Shown: positions 34,069 through 35,215 of the stretch, piece after piece
Numbering within the stretch: the stretch's first letter is position 1
Layout of the letters: each line of letters opens with the position of its first letter
Source: Spirogloea muscicola
Taxonomy: Eukaryota
Direction of reading: 5' to 3'
DNA length: 35,215 nt
Assembly: GCA_009602725.1 (NCBI GenBank)
Contig: WELB01000008.1
Span: forward strand, 748,193-783,407
Notes under the pieces: model-generated
The model's input: the letters and a program-made list of their open reading frames with translations, nothing else
What the model was told of the DNA's origin: nothing
Database searches by the model: none
Translations under genes and position numbers: made by a program

Positions 34069-35215
34069 GCAGCCTGGCTTGTCCAGCCCCTATCCTCAAT
34101 GGGCGCGCCCTTTCTCTGCTCAGGCTAATGCTTTGCACCAGAAAGCTGGGCGAGCTCTAGCTGGTGGCAGAAGGGCTTCGTATCTGCCATCTAGTACTCA
34201 GGCTTCAATTAGCGACCTCTATGTTTTGACCGGTGGTACTGAGCGGGTCAATCTGCTGTAGGTTACGTAGGTTCTCAGATGTGCTTGCCCTTGTAATTGG
34301 CCATTTGGCCTTCGTTTGTTTCAAATACGCGAAAAACTTCCTTCAGTCGTGCTTTCCACTCTGTTGCCTTTGCCCCTATTCAAATTTATGCTGTTCTTAC
34401 CACAGCGTTGTACTGGCTAGGCTTGGCCTCCCATTTATTTTCACGCGCACCGCAATGCTTCAACTTCAAAGAAAAGACTTCAAAGAACAGCTCCTCCAAA
34501 AGGGCGTGGGCTGTGAATAGCCAGCCCACCAAAGAATGATCAAGGCCAATATATATTCCATCTCAGAGAGCTTCCACAATTCTTCTCGGGCTGGTAATTC
34601 ACAATCTGTTCACAGCCCTAGAACAGCAAGGAGAGCTACTTGCTTCCACAATGCCGGCCGAAACATTGAAAGGGCTCGCCCATTGAGGATAGGGGCTGGA
34701 CAAGCCAGCCCAAAAAAGAATGAACAAAGAACGAAGAAACATGGCCTCCTCGAAGTAAGGCGCGAGCCTGACGGACCCCATTTCCAGCCACCAGTCGATC
34801 TGGCCGCGCTTCCATCATTCTCAGCGGTGCGTGCCCGTTGGCCTACCCACGGGTGAGCTTTGTTCGGACCTGGTCAACCTCCTACATGGTACTCGCTTAG
34901 CTATGTGTTTCAGCGCTTTTGACCCCTTCGGACTTCGTCAAATTCTTTCGGGCCTGGCATTTCACAGCCCTCGCCCCGTTTGGAAGAGAGAGAGAAGGCG
35001 CGCGGGGCGCATGAATTGAAAGGGAGGCATATTCAAGCCAATACATTGTTCAGGCAGAGTCGAGTGCAGACTAAACAATGCTACATAATACGGAGACCTA
35101 ATCTAAGGTACCTAAGATGACATTAGTACCCACGGGTGAGCACAAACAAATCTGACAAGCTAACTTGGGGAGCTGGAGCGCCGCCACGAAAGCCGGAGGC
35201 CTGACTTAGAGCGCG
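34069..35215. mobile_element. Nest C of CRE-like 3' fragments downstream of the long element, continuing past the window end
   Basis: A third-subfamily ORF end at 34116-34243 (QANALHQKAGRAL..ASISDLYVLTGG). Terminal motifs at 34073 (+), 34485 (-), 34672 (-), 34780 (+) and 34935 (+). 35085-35215 matches 22121-22251. Confidence 0.87.

Overview
Gene-dense, intron-rich nuclear DNA of a green plant, most consistent with a GC-rich streptophyte alga (inferred from land-plant-like proteins; the species cannot be read from the sequence). It is a gapped draft assembly, with N-runs mostly at GC-rich 5' ends. Nine spliced host genes were reconstructed by hand: CHLD (+, 5' end outside the window), LSM6 (-), an SRC2-like C2/Pro-rich protein (+), OST3/OST6 (-), TRS33/TRAPPC6 (+), the 3' part of argininosuccinate lyase (-), GDP-mannose pyrophosphorylase CYT1/VTC1 (-, two GC-AG introns), mitochondrial uL22 (+) and a 3xKH BTR1/NOVA-like protein (-). 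The accessory DNA is dominated by a CRE-like non-LTR retrotransposon system with a restriction-like endonuclease (RLE). One near-full-length copy lies at 30594-34068. Three nests (16.3-18.9, 22.1-25.2, 34.0-35.2 kb) contain about 10 ORF C-termini from at least 3 subfamilies and more than 15 copies of a conserved 3'-terminal stem-loop with pyrimidine/TTC-rich rather than poly(A) tails. A 450-bp foldback in a CHLD intron, whose arms reconstruct a continuous reading frame, is the other main candidate novelty.
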